This document shows, piece after piece, positions 11,051 through 22,400 of a stretch of 64,000 nucleotides of DNA (positions are counted from its first letter, which is position 1; every line of letters begins with the position of its first letter). The notes beneath the pieces were generated by a model that saw nothing but the letters and a program-made list of their open reading frames with translations, made no database searches and had not been told where the DNA came from. The translations under genes and the position numbers were made by a program. This DNA is from Vitrella brassicaformis CCMP3155 (Eukaryota; Protista; Chromerida), in contig CDMY01000440.1 in NCBI GenBank assembly GCA_001179505.1, forward strand, positions 1-64,000, given 5' to 3'.

Positions 11051-12385
11051 CCACCAACAGCTGACAGGGCGTATGTTCGCAGCCCCCCTTTGTCTTTGTG
11101 TGTAGCGGGTTGGTCTGAGGTTGGAAGTGGGATGACGGTGATGGGTCGTGTGAGCATTGGCCGGCGGTGGGACGAGAGGGAGGGCATGGGAGGTGTGCAA
11201 GGGCAACGACAGCCCTGCAATGTGATGGAAGAAGGTGCGGGAGATCGGTGTCGTTGTCGAAGGCCGTTGCTGCCGTCCTTGGCCACTTGTGCCCGACGGT
11301 ACGTGGAATGTCACAGACGGAAGGCAACGCGGCACCGCCGCAGACATCTTATATGTATGTGTCTCTTCTATGCCGGCTGGTGGTGTGTGGTGTCTCAGGT
11401 CACGAATCGAATCGCTGCCCACACTTAGTGTGCGATGGAGACATCACACACTGTTCCAGCCATGCTGCAGATCAAGACAGACCATTAAGAGGGCGGATCA
11501 ACCGGGAGGGTTTGTGTGTGCACACACATGAACCGTGGTGCGACCATCTTCATGATTGAGGACTGACTGCATGTTGTTGTTGCCATATTCTCACGCACCA
11601 TCTTTTCATCCCTTGACCACTCAAATCCCAGGCCCGCTCATGTACACGCACCAACACACACAAACGCCATTCATTTGCCGATCAGTCAGCCAGGCAGGCA
11701 GTCAGCCAGAGACGGAGAAGGAAAGACAGTCGTGGATGCATTGGGCCTTGATAGCTGTGGCGGCTTTGCATCCCGACACAGAAATGAAGAGGCCTAGGCT
11801 GCTCCATTGCCTTCCCTCTAGTTTGATTGACGCATGGCAGCAGCTGCTGCGATTGGCATGGCTTCTGCCGGAGTGTGTATTGGCCGGCCGTGTAACGACT
11901 CGTTACTTGCTCTACAGACACTGCAGTGGCCGGTAGTCGTTGTGTCATCTGTTCTGATGTGGTGCGTGTGGGGAGGCTGGCTTGCGCTCTGTGGGGGGAG
12001 GGGTGTGTGTGTGTGAGTGGGTTTATGTGTGTGTGTGTACTGAATTGGTGGACACAGTTTGGTTGGATGTATCTGAATTCGCCCGCTGTAAGTCAGTGCA
12101 ATTCACACATACGAACATGAACACACGTATTCACATCATGGGACTTTCCTGCAGTCGACACCCAGTCCCTCCAGCCCATCTACTCACATGCCGCCTCAAG
12201 AAGTGATTCCTCCGCCGCAGCTAAGCTAAAAGCACAACTCTCTCGTGCTAGGTTCTTCGCTAACAGCACCACCAGTCGACGAACAGCCTCACCTAAACAT
12301 ACACACACACGCACACACACAAAAATGTCATCAAGGCACTCAATGGATGCACCATTGTGGCTCACTTGTGTGTGTCTCCTCTCCT

Positions 12386-13856
12386 CTACTCTGGTATTAG
12401 GTGGGCCAGTCCATGTTTGGTCAACAGGGTGCGGACCAGCGGCGTGGTGATGGGGAACCGACCAGAAAGCCGCTGGCTCTCGATCTCCGCCTCGGTTGTG
12501 TAGAGGAAGATGCGGCCGTCGCACAGCACCAGGTAGGCGGCGATGTCGCCCTCCTTAGTGCCCTTGAGGATGATAAATCGCTCCCGCTCATCCCCACCCT
12601 CCCCCTCCTCGTAGACGTAGTCGATGGTGGTGTAGCCTCCGATGGGACCGGTCAGCAGTCGTTGATAGCGCTCATCGCCACAGCCAACTCTCACCCGGAA
12701 TGCCCCCGTCTCGTCCACCCCCTGTTGCTCACACCAGTCGCACAACACCATCCTTCTCATAAAGGCCGTGAATGAGGGGTAGAGCCAGTCACCGTAGCGG
12801 ATGGGCGGGTTGCGGGAGTCATATGTGCGGCCGTAGGGATGGCGGGGAGGGAGGGCGGATTTGGGCACCGTCTCGAACTCCCACCTGCCCTCGTCGTCTC
12901 CGATGCGATACCACTGTCGCGTCACCCCACCGTCCCCCTTCATCGGCTCGTCCGTCTGCCCGCTCCCACCGCCCTCTCCTTCGCTGCCCTCCTCTCCATC
13001 CTCCTGCCAGTCCTCCTTCTTGCCCTCATTGCCCTCCTCGGCCCCATCCACCTTCTCGATCGCCAGACTGGTTCCCCAGTACTTGAGGAGGTGGCCGAAT
13101 GTGCTGTACTGGCGAAGGGCGAGGGGCATGCTGTGGAAGTGGGCCTTGGTGGGCAGGTGGGCCGCCATCCACTCCGGCGACATGATCAGGGGCAGGCCGT
13201 CGGTCAGCTTGTAGATGTCAGCCAGCCGGATGAAGTCGGGCCACTCACACCACACCGCCCCGCCCTGCTCGAGTGCATACGCACACTTGGTGTAGTACTG
13301 GAACGGCCTATCCACGTCGATGAGGCCCCGCAGCGACCGGCGGGTGAGGTCCGTGTCGATGCGGGCCTTCACGAAGGTTTCATCGACGAGCTCGGTGCCG
13401 CAGCTTTTGCTGACTGCTCGTGCTGAGCTGACGGCCACGTCGACGGGCAGGAACCGAGTCACGACGTCACGGTACAGATCCTCGGACAGAGGATTGGCTG
13501 TACCATTGTCCGTGTCGGCTGTGGTGTGTTCGGCGTGAGTGGCGGCGGGATGGGCAGCTGATGGGGAGGGATGGGGGTGTGAGGGAGGGGTGGGGGAGGG
13601 GCTCATCGCCGCCATGCCTTGTGTGATGGCGGTGAGGGCGCCAGAGGCGGCCGAGATGCTGCTCTTGAGGGTGGACCAGTGAGAGGAAGCAGACGGCACC
13701 TGAGGCCATCGACACAGACAGAGAGGAATGAGTCATGGCGGCAGTGATGCTGGCATGTAGCCTCTTACCTTGGCAGCGACATTGGCGACGAACGAGCCTT
13801 CAATGTTCGTCACATCACACCCCACCTGACCAACACCACGGCCGAGCTGTGTGTGT
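12386..13856 (-). CDS. Family X copy 3 (type B N-terminus); 5' exons lost in the assembly gap
   Basis: Exon LGRGVGQVGCDVTNIEGSFVANVAAK, then a 437-codon exon with LSEDLYRDVVTRFLPVDVAVSSARAVSK, GAVWCEWPDFIRLADIY, YDSRNPPIRYGDWLYPSFTAFM and RLLTGPIGGYTTIDY. Confidence 0.85.
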
Positions 13857-14156
13857 NNNNNNNNNNNNNNNNNNNNNNNNNNNNNNNNNNNNNNNNNNNN
13901 NNNNNNNNNNNNNNNNNNNNNNNNNNNNNNNNNNNNNNNNNNNNNNNNNNNNNNNNNNNNNNNNNNNNNNNNNNNNNNNNNNNNNNNNNNNNNNNNNNNN
14001 NNNNNNNNNNNNNNNNNNNNNNNNNNNNNNNNNNNNNNNNNNNNNNNNNNNNNNNNNNNNNNNNNNNNNNNNNNNNNNNNNNNNNNNNNNNNNNNNNNNN
14101 NNNNNNNNNNNNNNNNNNNNNNNNNNNNNNNNNNNNNNNNNNNNNNNNNNNNNNNN
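13857..14156. other. Assembly gap (~300 N)
   Basis: Run of N; the size is probably a placeholder. Confidence 0.97.
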
Positions 14157-15536
14157 GGGCGGATGAGATGGGCGTGGCGGATGGGCGGATTGTGGGGGTC
14201 ATATGTGTGGCGGTAGGGATGCTGGGGAGGGAGGGAGGGCGGACAGCGGCACCGTCTCGACCGACTCCGATGCGATACCGCTGTCGCGTCACCCCACCGT
14301 CCCCTCCATCTCCCCCGCCCTCCTTCTTGCCATCGTCGGCCTCATCCAGCTTTGTGAGCACCAGACTGGTGCCCTTGCAGTTGAGGAGGTGGCCGAATGT
14401 GCTGTACTGGCGAAGGGCGAGGGGCATGGTGTGGAAGTCGGCCTTGGTGGGCAGGTGGGCCGCCATCCACTGGGGCGACATGATCAGCGGCAGACCAGTC
14501 GAGGGCGTCAGCTTGTAGATGTCAGCCAGCCGAATGAAGTCGGGCCACTCACACCACACCGCCCCGCCATGCTCGAGGGCATACGCGCACTTGGTGTAGT
14601 ACTGAAACGGCCTCTCCACGTCGATGAGGCCCAACAGTGACCGGCGGGTGAGGTCCGTGCCGATGCGGCGCAGCACGAAGTCCTCATTGATGAGCTCGGT
14701 GCCGTAGAACGTGTTGGACGTGCGGGCTGGGCTGATTGCGTCACTGATGGGGAGGAAACCGACAATGTGGTCGCGATAGAGATCTGTCGGCAGGCGGTTC
14801 TCCGTGCGACGAGCCGCGTTGTCAACATCAGCAGCAGCTCCAGTGTGTGTGGTGTGAGTGGGGGCATAGGCACCTGGAGGCGATGGATGGGGGGCTGGGG
14901 GAGGAGTGGGGGGTGGGCGAGTGGCCGCCATGCCTTGTGTGATGGCGGTGAGGGCGCCAGAGGCGGCCGAGATGCTGCTCTTGAGGGTGGACCAGTGAGA
15001 GGAAGCAGACGGCACCTGAGGCCATCGACACAGACAGAGAGGAATGAGTCATGGCGGCAGTGATGCTGGCATGTAGCCTCTTACCTTGGCAGCGACATTG
15101 GCGACGAACGAGCCTTCAATGTTCGTCACATCACACCCCACCTGACCAACACCACGGCCGAGCTGTGTGTGTGGATGTGTATCGTCATCGCGTCCCTCAC
15201 CTGTGTCACTTGTGCCAGCAGTACTGAGAAGCGCCGCTGCACCTCCTCAAAACTAAGACTCCCGCCGGCCGCCTGCACACGGACACAGAAGACACACAGA
15301 GTTGTGATGGCGCACAGAGGGCGGTCAAAGGTGTATGGGACAGACGCCCACCGATGCGTCATGGGCGGCATCTATCGGGTCCTGCGATGACATCCCACTC
15401 ATCTCGTGATCTGACAACACACAGCACATCATCTGTTCATACCATGCTTCGCCCCCATCCTCTCCATCTCCCTCAGCTCACCTGCGGCAGGCGGGCCGTC
15501 GATGCGCCTCCGCTTGGCGCTATCAGCACCAGACAT
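14157..15536 (-). CDS. Family X copy 4 (type B); C-terminus lost in the gap
   Basis: Phase-compatible exons MSGADSAKRRRIDGPPAA|DHEMSGMSSQDPIDAAHDAS|AAGGSLSFEEVQRRFSVLLAQVTQ|LGRGVGQVGCDVTNIEGSFVANVAAK|VPSASSHW...LPTDLYRDHIVGFLPISDAISPAR...GAVWCEWPDFIRLADIY. Confidence 0.8.
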
Positions 15537-15744
15537 CTCAAAGACACGCTAATTAATTATCAACAGGCGCCACGAAGCGGAAACGGCGCCTGACGCGTCG
15601 CTGAAGGGCAAGGGGGCGATCCTTTTTCCATCACCAGGGCCGATTAGCGGCTCCTTCCGCCAATGCGCACCGACGCCATCCTTCCTCGCCCTCCTTTGTC
15701 CTCTTCTCCTTCGTCGCCGATCGGATCGCGGTGCGAGCTACCAA

Positions 15745-17030
15745 ATGGAGAAGCGGAGGCGCCGACGGAGAGAGAGCATATGGGAGACCATCTCAACAAC
15801 GACTGAGAATCAAGAAAGATCCTATGTGATCTTGACGCTCCCTCCGATCTGCTCAGCATGGCTACTCGGTCTGGTGTGAATCGTGCCCGCACCCCTCCCC
15901 GTGGTGGTGTGTGTTTCTTCTTCGCCCAGCTGGACGGCGCTATCCACCGCATCATCGCCGTCGACATGTGTGACGTGCCCTCCTCCATCGCCCTACGCGC
16001 GACGGACACCACCTCCCGTCGACTGGTGACCCTCACCGCCATGATCCAGCGATTTGACAAGGCCGTCGAAGCCGCGGGGATGCACCGGCTGTTGGACATC
16101 GTCCGCGAGGCTGGCGAGATACCCGACAGACTCAAGGACAGACTGACGCTCTTCGGCTACGTGGTGCAGTCGCTTCATCTGGTGGAGAGCACCAGCCTCT
16201 GGCGGAAGCGATGGGCGCCGGCCATCCATTTCGCGAGCAAGATCGGACTTCTGACAGATCCGCTGCCGCTGACGGTAGATCCTGACGCCTTGGTCGAGCA
16301 CATGTACAGCAGGACGGCCCTCGAGCAGATGCCGCAGGCAGTGGCGCAGTTCGCAGCACTCAGCGGTCAGTTCGCCAATGGCGCAATTCGTCTGACCACA
16401 AACAGCGACTCTCGGCCGGGCGAGTTCTGCATCAGTGATTTTCAGCGATTCCGGTGTCTGCTGCGCCGTGACGAGATGCCGATGGACCACGAATACAGGG
16501 CGGCGTATGACCCGCTCAACCCCGCCGTGGTGCAAGGCGAATCGTACATCTTCTCGAGCTTCTCGGGATTCGCCACCCAGCTCATCTGCCAGTGTCGGAG
16601 GGGCTATGGGAGCGTCTTCCTGCCGCCCCACCTCCAGCACTCGCCCTTCCAGAGGGGGGGGGAGTGCTCCTTCAGCGGCACCGACAGTCGGCATGCCCTC
16701 GCCACTCGCCTGCTCACCCACGCCCCCCTCGCCAGCCACACGACAATCGACTTCCAGAACGGATTCAATCTGCCCAATTTCCCCGAGTTCGTGGCCAGGC
16801 ATCGTTTTGTGGTGCTGGCGGGCGACAAGCTGACGGACCCCTTTGCCGCCTACATAGAGGTGGCCCAAGAGCTCATCACGCGCATTCGCACGGAGATCTA
16901 CACGACCGAACCGAAGGTGGCTGGGGTGAGTGCCGGCATCGTGGGGTTTCCGACGAGTGTGAACGACGCCAGGCGGGTGATGGGAGAGATGGGGGTCAAG
17001 TTGGAAGATTTGCGCATGACACTCAACTAG
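15745..17030 (+). CDS. Distant family X relative; uncharacterised
   Basis: Probable exon 1 MEKRRRRRRESIW... plus a long open exon to TAG 17030. Motif correspondences with family X: YDPLNPAV..YIFSSFSGF ~ YDLHNPPI..LFPSFTAF; RLLTHAPLASHTTIDF ~ RLLTGPIDGHTTIDF; RFVVLAG..FAAYIEV..EIYTTEP ~ RLIILKG..VAAYLDL..NLYTTEA. The start is uncertain. Confidence 0.7.
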
Positions 17031-17269
17031 ACACTCTGAGGGGCTGGGGTGGCTGGGTTCTGTGTGAATGTGAGGTTGTTCGGTGACTTTATGTGGGCGC
17101 GTGGGGATCAGTGTCGGTGCATCTGTCTGTTGGACGCGTATTTGCAAGGCCGTGTGTGCCTTTCTTTGAGAAACGCGGTGCCGTGCGTATGAGCGACTGC
17201 GTGTGTACATGAACAAACGTACATACAATCGATTCGGTGCTCGGTTTCCATTGCGACCCATCACGCATC

Positions 17270-19205
17270 TCACTCCGCCTGTATGATCCTTTTCTCACAC
17301 AAATCTGACAGGCCCGACTCACTCATGCCCAATAACCCAGCCAAGATCTCCTTCGTGTGCTCGCCCAACCGCGGACCGGCCCAGTTTGTCTGCCCAGGGG
17401 TCTTCGTGAGCTTGGGGGGGATGGCGGGGATCTTCAGGGGCTCTTGCGTCGGCCCCGTGTGGACCTGCTCGAACATGCCCCTTGCGATGTAGTGCGGGTC
17501 GGAACACATGTCACGCACCTGCCGAGCAACCCCCCACACATCCATGAGGGCCGTGGACGAATGTGTTGTCGTGAGTCTCTAGACCGACCGAGTAGATGGT
17601 TCCGACCGGCACACTGACCAATCCAGCCTCGAGTATCTGCTGCACCTCATGAGACGCTAGTGTTGACGTCCACGCGGCGATGGCGCCGTCCACCTCCTGC
17701 ATGGAACCATGGCGGAAGGACAGGCAGACGAGCAGCAAATGAATGCATGTACTGCCTGCAAGCACCACTGCGCACCTCCTGGTGTGTGACGCGTCCCTCG
17801 TTGGAAGCCAGTCGGGGATCATCAGCAAGGTCGTGTCGACCGGCGGCAACCATCAGCCGCTTGAAGAGGGAATCACTGATAAGCAACACAAGTCACACAT
17901 ACAGAGACATCCGTAGACACCTGCGCCAACGCACCGTTGTACCCGTTCGCTCCGATGACAACCCAGTGTCCGTCCTTGCAGGGGTAGGTGCCTGTCGGCA
18001 CTATACCTGCACACACCACAGATGCACGCTCATGCGTCATTCATGCACTCACATGCGCATCATGCTGCTGCTGCTGCTGTGTCGGAGGCCAGCTAACCCA
18101 CCCACCTGTGACGGTTGTCCCTGCCGGCTCTCTGACCTCCCCCAGCCGGTCATATTCGGGTACACACGCTTCCATCAAGCCGAAAACCGATTCATAGATC
18201 GCACAGTCGACGTCCTGACCCTCACCCACGCCACCAGTTGCCGACGCCTTCTGCCGGCTCAGCAAGGCTAGCAGCACCCCTAGAGCCGCGTTCTGTGCCG
18301 CTAAGGTGTCACCGATAGACAGGTTCGGCCGAATCGGGGGCCCGCCAGGCATGCCATTCACGTATCTAAAGCCCCCGAACGCCTCGCACACTGATGCGAA
18401 TCCGGGCTTGCTGCGATAGGGCCCCGTCTGTCCATAGCCACTGATGCGAGCGACGATGAGAGATGGGTGGCTCTCCCGCAGGGTCGTCGGGCTCATATGC
18501 CATTTCTCCAAGCTGCATCGAATCAATGGAATCAATGCAAACAAGCTGGCATGAACATCCGTCCCTCGATTCATCAGCACTACCTGGCACCCTACGTGCC
18601 AGGTTTGAAGTTCTCCACGAGTACGTCGCACTTGGCGACCAGCTGACGAATGATATCGCGGCCTTCGTCTTGGCGGAGGTCGACGGCTAAGGATTTCTTG
18701 TTGCGTGCGATAGAGTACCACCACAACGACGTCCCTGGAGGAAGAGTGACAGACAAGCCGTGTGCCCCTGAGGCTCCGCCCCTCTTCCCTCAGGTCCTAC
18801 CCGTTTCATCCAGCTTCCGCCATTTCCTACACAGATTCAGCCATCCATCCATCGCCCCCATCTATGCATCACTCTCCGCCGCACACCTGATGCCATCTCC
18901 CAGCCCTGGTGGCTCGACTTTGATGACGTCGGCACCCCAATACGCCAACAGAGCACCTGTCCACCCTCCTGAAAAGCAAACGAAGGACGAACGAAACCAA
19001 AAGCACATGATTCCATTGCAGAAGTCAGTACGACGATGCAATTGCGACGATTCATTGCACAGCCTCTCCCTCCACATACCTGCAATGAACTGGCTCAGCT
19101 CCAGCACCTGGTTCAGTTCGAGAACACACAGATCAACAAAGAGGGAAGCATGATGAGTCGAAAGGCGCTTACTCTGATTCCCGAAAGCGGCCTCTTGGCG
19201 GACAT
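17270..19205 (-). CDS. CoA-transferase family III (CaiB/BaiF, SUGCT-like), multi-exon
   Basis: MSAKRPLSGIR|VLELSQFIAG..ALLAYWGADVIKVEPPGLGD; IVARISGYGQTGPYRSKPGF; IGDTLAAQNAALGVLLALL; GQDVDCAIYES; DPHYIARGMF; PRLGEHTKEIL. Confidence 0.92.
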
Positions 19206-19468
19206 CCTTCGCAAGAAGACGTGAACGCGCACGCAGTGCGTTGGAGGCAAACCAAAGGATGAGATCTATATAGATCACATGATCCGATGCCTCCTCGTGA
19301 GGCCAGTACCTCTAAGCTCGCATGCGATCCCCAGCGCCTTTCCTTCCCTTCCCTCCCTTTTCCCTGTACCCATAAACAAAGTGTGCTCTCATCTAAGCAA
19401 CCCATCTTTTTTTTCGGCGCCGCACCGTGCCCCCAACCGCTGCCATCGCATGCATCCGTACGAATGAA

Positions 19469-22400
19469 ATGGTGTGTTTTCGACTCCATACGCTTCTGCT
19501 GGGCATGGCCCTTCGCTTCGCCGCCTCTCTGTCGGCCGGCACCACGAACCATGCATTACGAGGCCCGGGGCGCTTGCCCATCGGCACCAGCGACACAGGG
19601 CCGCTCAGAGATTCTGTGGTTTCCACTCATCTTGGACGGCAGCTGCAGGCGCTGAGTAAGCAAGCACCCACAGAACGACGTGTTGCATCATGCTTGCCCT
19701 CGATCTCTTTTCTGTTGCATTCACTCAGGCGATGATTCGCCGAGTGAAGTGGCGATAAGGAGGAATGTGGCTGGGGATCTCAGCGTCAGGCTTGCGCAGG
19801 GTGATTCCGTCAATCAGGACAACGTCAGGTAAGCATGGACCGATTAAGATGATGAACTCCTAATTCAATCGTTCTGTGTGGTCAGGATGCTCGTTTTCCC
19901 GGAGAGTGCGTTGAACGACAATGAGACATGCGCTGATCTCGAGCCGGGCACGCGGACCTGGAGAGGGGACTGGCCAACCAAACTTTTCAAGCAGTTCTCA
20001 CTCCCCTGCTGGCTCGGCACACATGAAAGAAGTTGCTATGCTCACATGATAGACCTGGTCCCAGCAGTTGACAGCCAAGGCAGGACCCTTACTTGGTGAG
20101 TGATTCGGGCCCACGTATTGCCCAGCTCTCTTTTTGTCATACAGGAGTTTTCAGCTGACCGAGAAAGGGGTGTATCACATGTGTCTATGCCTCCCATCAT
20201 CTGGCACCTGCGATGCTGACCTCCAGGATGGCAACTTTCGATATGGGGCGTATCCGATTGACGGACCGAAAATCATCGTCTACTCGCCAGGTGTTGAAAG
20301 CACACTGAGATATGGCTCGACGTCGGAACGCAGAAGGCTTTCGCCCTCAGCAAGCGTCGAGTCATCGAATCAACAGACCCAGTACCTGTTCACAAACAAG
20401 AAAGGCAATATCATTCTGTTCGGCAACGATATCGAGACACATCATGGGTAAAGGCAGATATCACAGTCACACGCCTTCAGAAGATGTCTCTTGCCTTGCA
20501 TGTTGGCGTTCAGCATTGTACTTGTTGAGGACCCCAATGGCGTCTACGATTGCACGATCACTCAACCAGGGGAGTGGACGGACAAGAAAGACGCCCAACC
20601 CGATGGGCTAATTCAGCCGGACAATGTGGTGCGAATGATGAAACGAACGGACGGATCCATCGCTGCACACTATCTTTGTCCATGCAGACGAGCTTCGGTC
20701 CAAGTACTGCAGCTGTGTGGAAGGATGTCCACATCACGGACGGCGGCCGATACCGTGTGTGCTTCTGCGGCGGGCCGGTGGGACATTGTGAGGATGGCGA
20801 CAACGCACCAATACAGGGACCACCAGTGATGGTCGTCGACTCAGGTAGGGAGACATCCAAGGACGACAGTAAATTCGTGTGGCCGTCGATCCCGCATTTT
20901 TGTGTGTGTGGGCACGTATCAGTCTCCGTTCACTCGGAGAAACATACCGTGACCAAGGACTGGCCGCAGCACATCTACATTGCCCGCAAGGGCAGTGCAG
21001 ATCCAGGAGAAGAGCCGTCCCAAACAGACAGGTAAGCAGAAACCAACAATGGACGGAATACAAATGAACTGTCAAGTTGATCAACATCTCAGCGTTGAAT
21101 TCAAGATGCTAATTCCCGGAAAGGATACCTGCGGCGACCTGACTCACCCACATCTGTCGTCCGCTGAAGTGTCCCGGGACCCGCCTCACTACCCATGGAC
21201 ACTCAACATCACTGTATGCGGATCCGGAAAGGCCAAAGCACATTTTCCGGTTGCTTTTCACGCCTCATTGGCCTTGTGTTACTTGCGTGCCCTTCAGAAC
21301 TCGTCTATCCGGGTGTCGACTCTCCTTTTCAAAGAGGCACACGTGCCGGGTGTCGATCCAGATGTCTACCGGATTTGTCATTGTCAGTCCGACTCACTCA
21401 CCAATTGCGACGGAGTGAGTGGCTTCAAACAAATGATGGGCTACGTGCAGGTGCTCGAAGGTAAACAAAATGACGACAAAAGACAAATCGCTTCGCACCG
21501 TCGATTCTCGCCTTGCGCGGTCGTGTTCAGCTGCCGAGGTCACCGCCTTCGTAGAGGGCGCCTACGAGACATCTCAAGCCTTCAACCTGACACTAAATGG
21601 GACGAACTTCAATTCAGGAAACAGGCAAGCAGGCAGATGTGTCGACGAATGGTGTATATCCAGTCGTTTTTCTGGATCAGGATTCTCATTGTGGAGTCGG
21701 TCGACGAGAACCATAACTGTGGCGACCATGAAGGACAGCTGGCTCCAACAGATGCCGCCAAAGGCTACAATGCGTCATCTAGCTTTGGCGACTACTATGT
21801 TGATGGGAACGTCTCAGACGACCTCAACCAGATCACGTGGACAGTGCACCTGTGGGCCCCCGGCACGTACGCGGTCTGCTTCTGCCCTCACATGCAGTGT
21901 GTGGATTATGAGGCGTTGGGCATCGACTTAAAGGTAAGCAAAAGACATCGTTGCCGCTGCCATGGTCGTTCTCATTCGGATGTGTCTGTCAGACCAACTC
22001 TGCAGTGCATGCTGGCACCATCACCATTTCCTATCCACCCTTCTACGCCACCATGCGTATCCTCACGCCAGTTTATACAAATCAGAACGAATTTAAGATG
22101 GAGATCGAGTTCTCTCTGAGTGTTGTGCAGTCAGGTGGGGCGATAGGACACACACATGAAAGCGGTCTGACGCACTTTGGCTCTCTGTCTGCAGATGACA
22201 CAACGGCAGCTCAGAGCACCATCGAGGTCAGCAACGGCCAGATCACCCTCTTTAACGTCCTCTCGCCCCAGAAATGGCAGCTCGAGGTGCAGGGCGATTT
22301 GTCTCAGTCTGAGGTCCGTCGCCACTGAGGCATTGGTGACGCGCAATCTTGAGACCACTTGTTGCGTTGGCTTCGTTTCAGGCGGAGGCATCTGTGCAGG

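Noticed and set aside
13735-14216. ORFs containing long X runs (also 56775-57365 and 56838-57902 in part)
   Set aside because: Artefacts of translating through N gaps.
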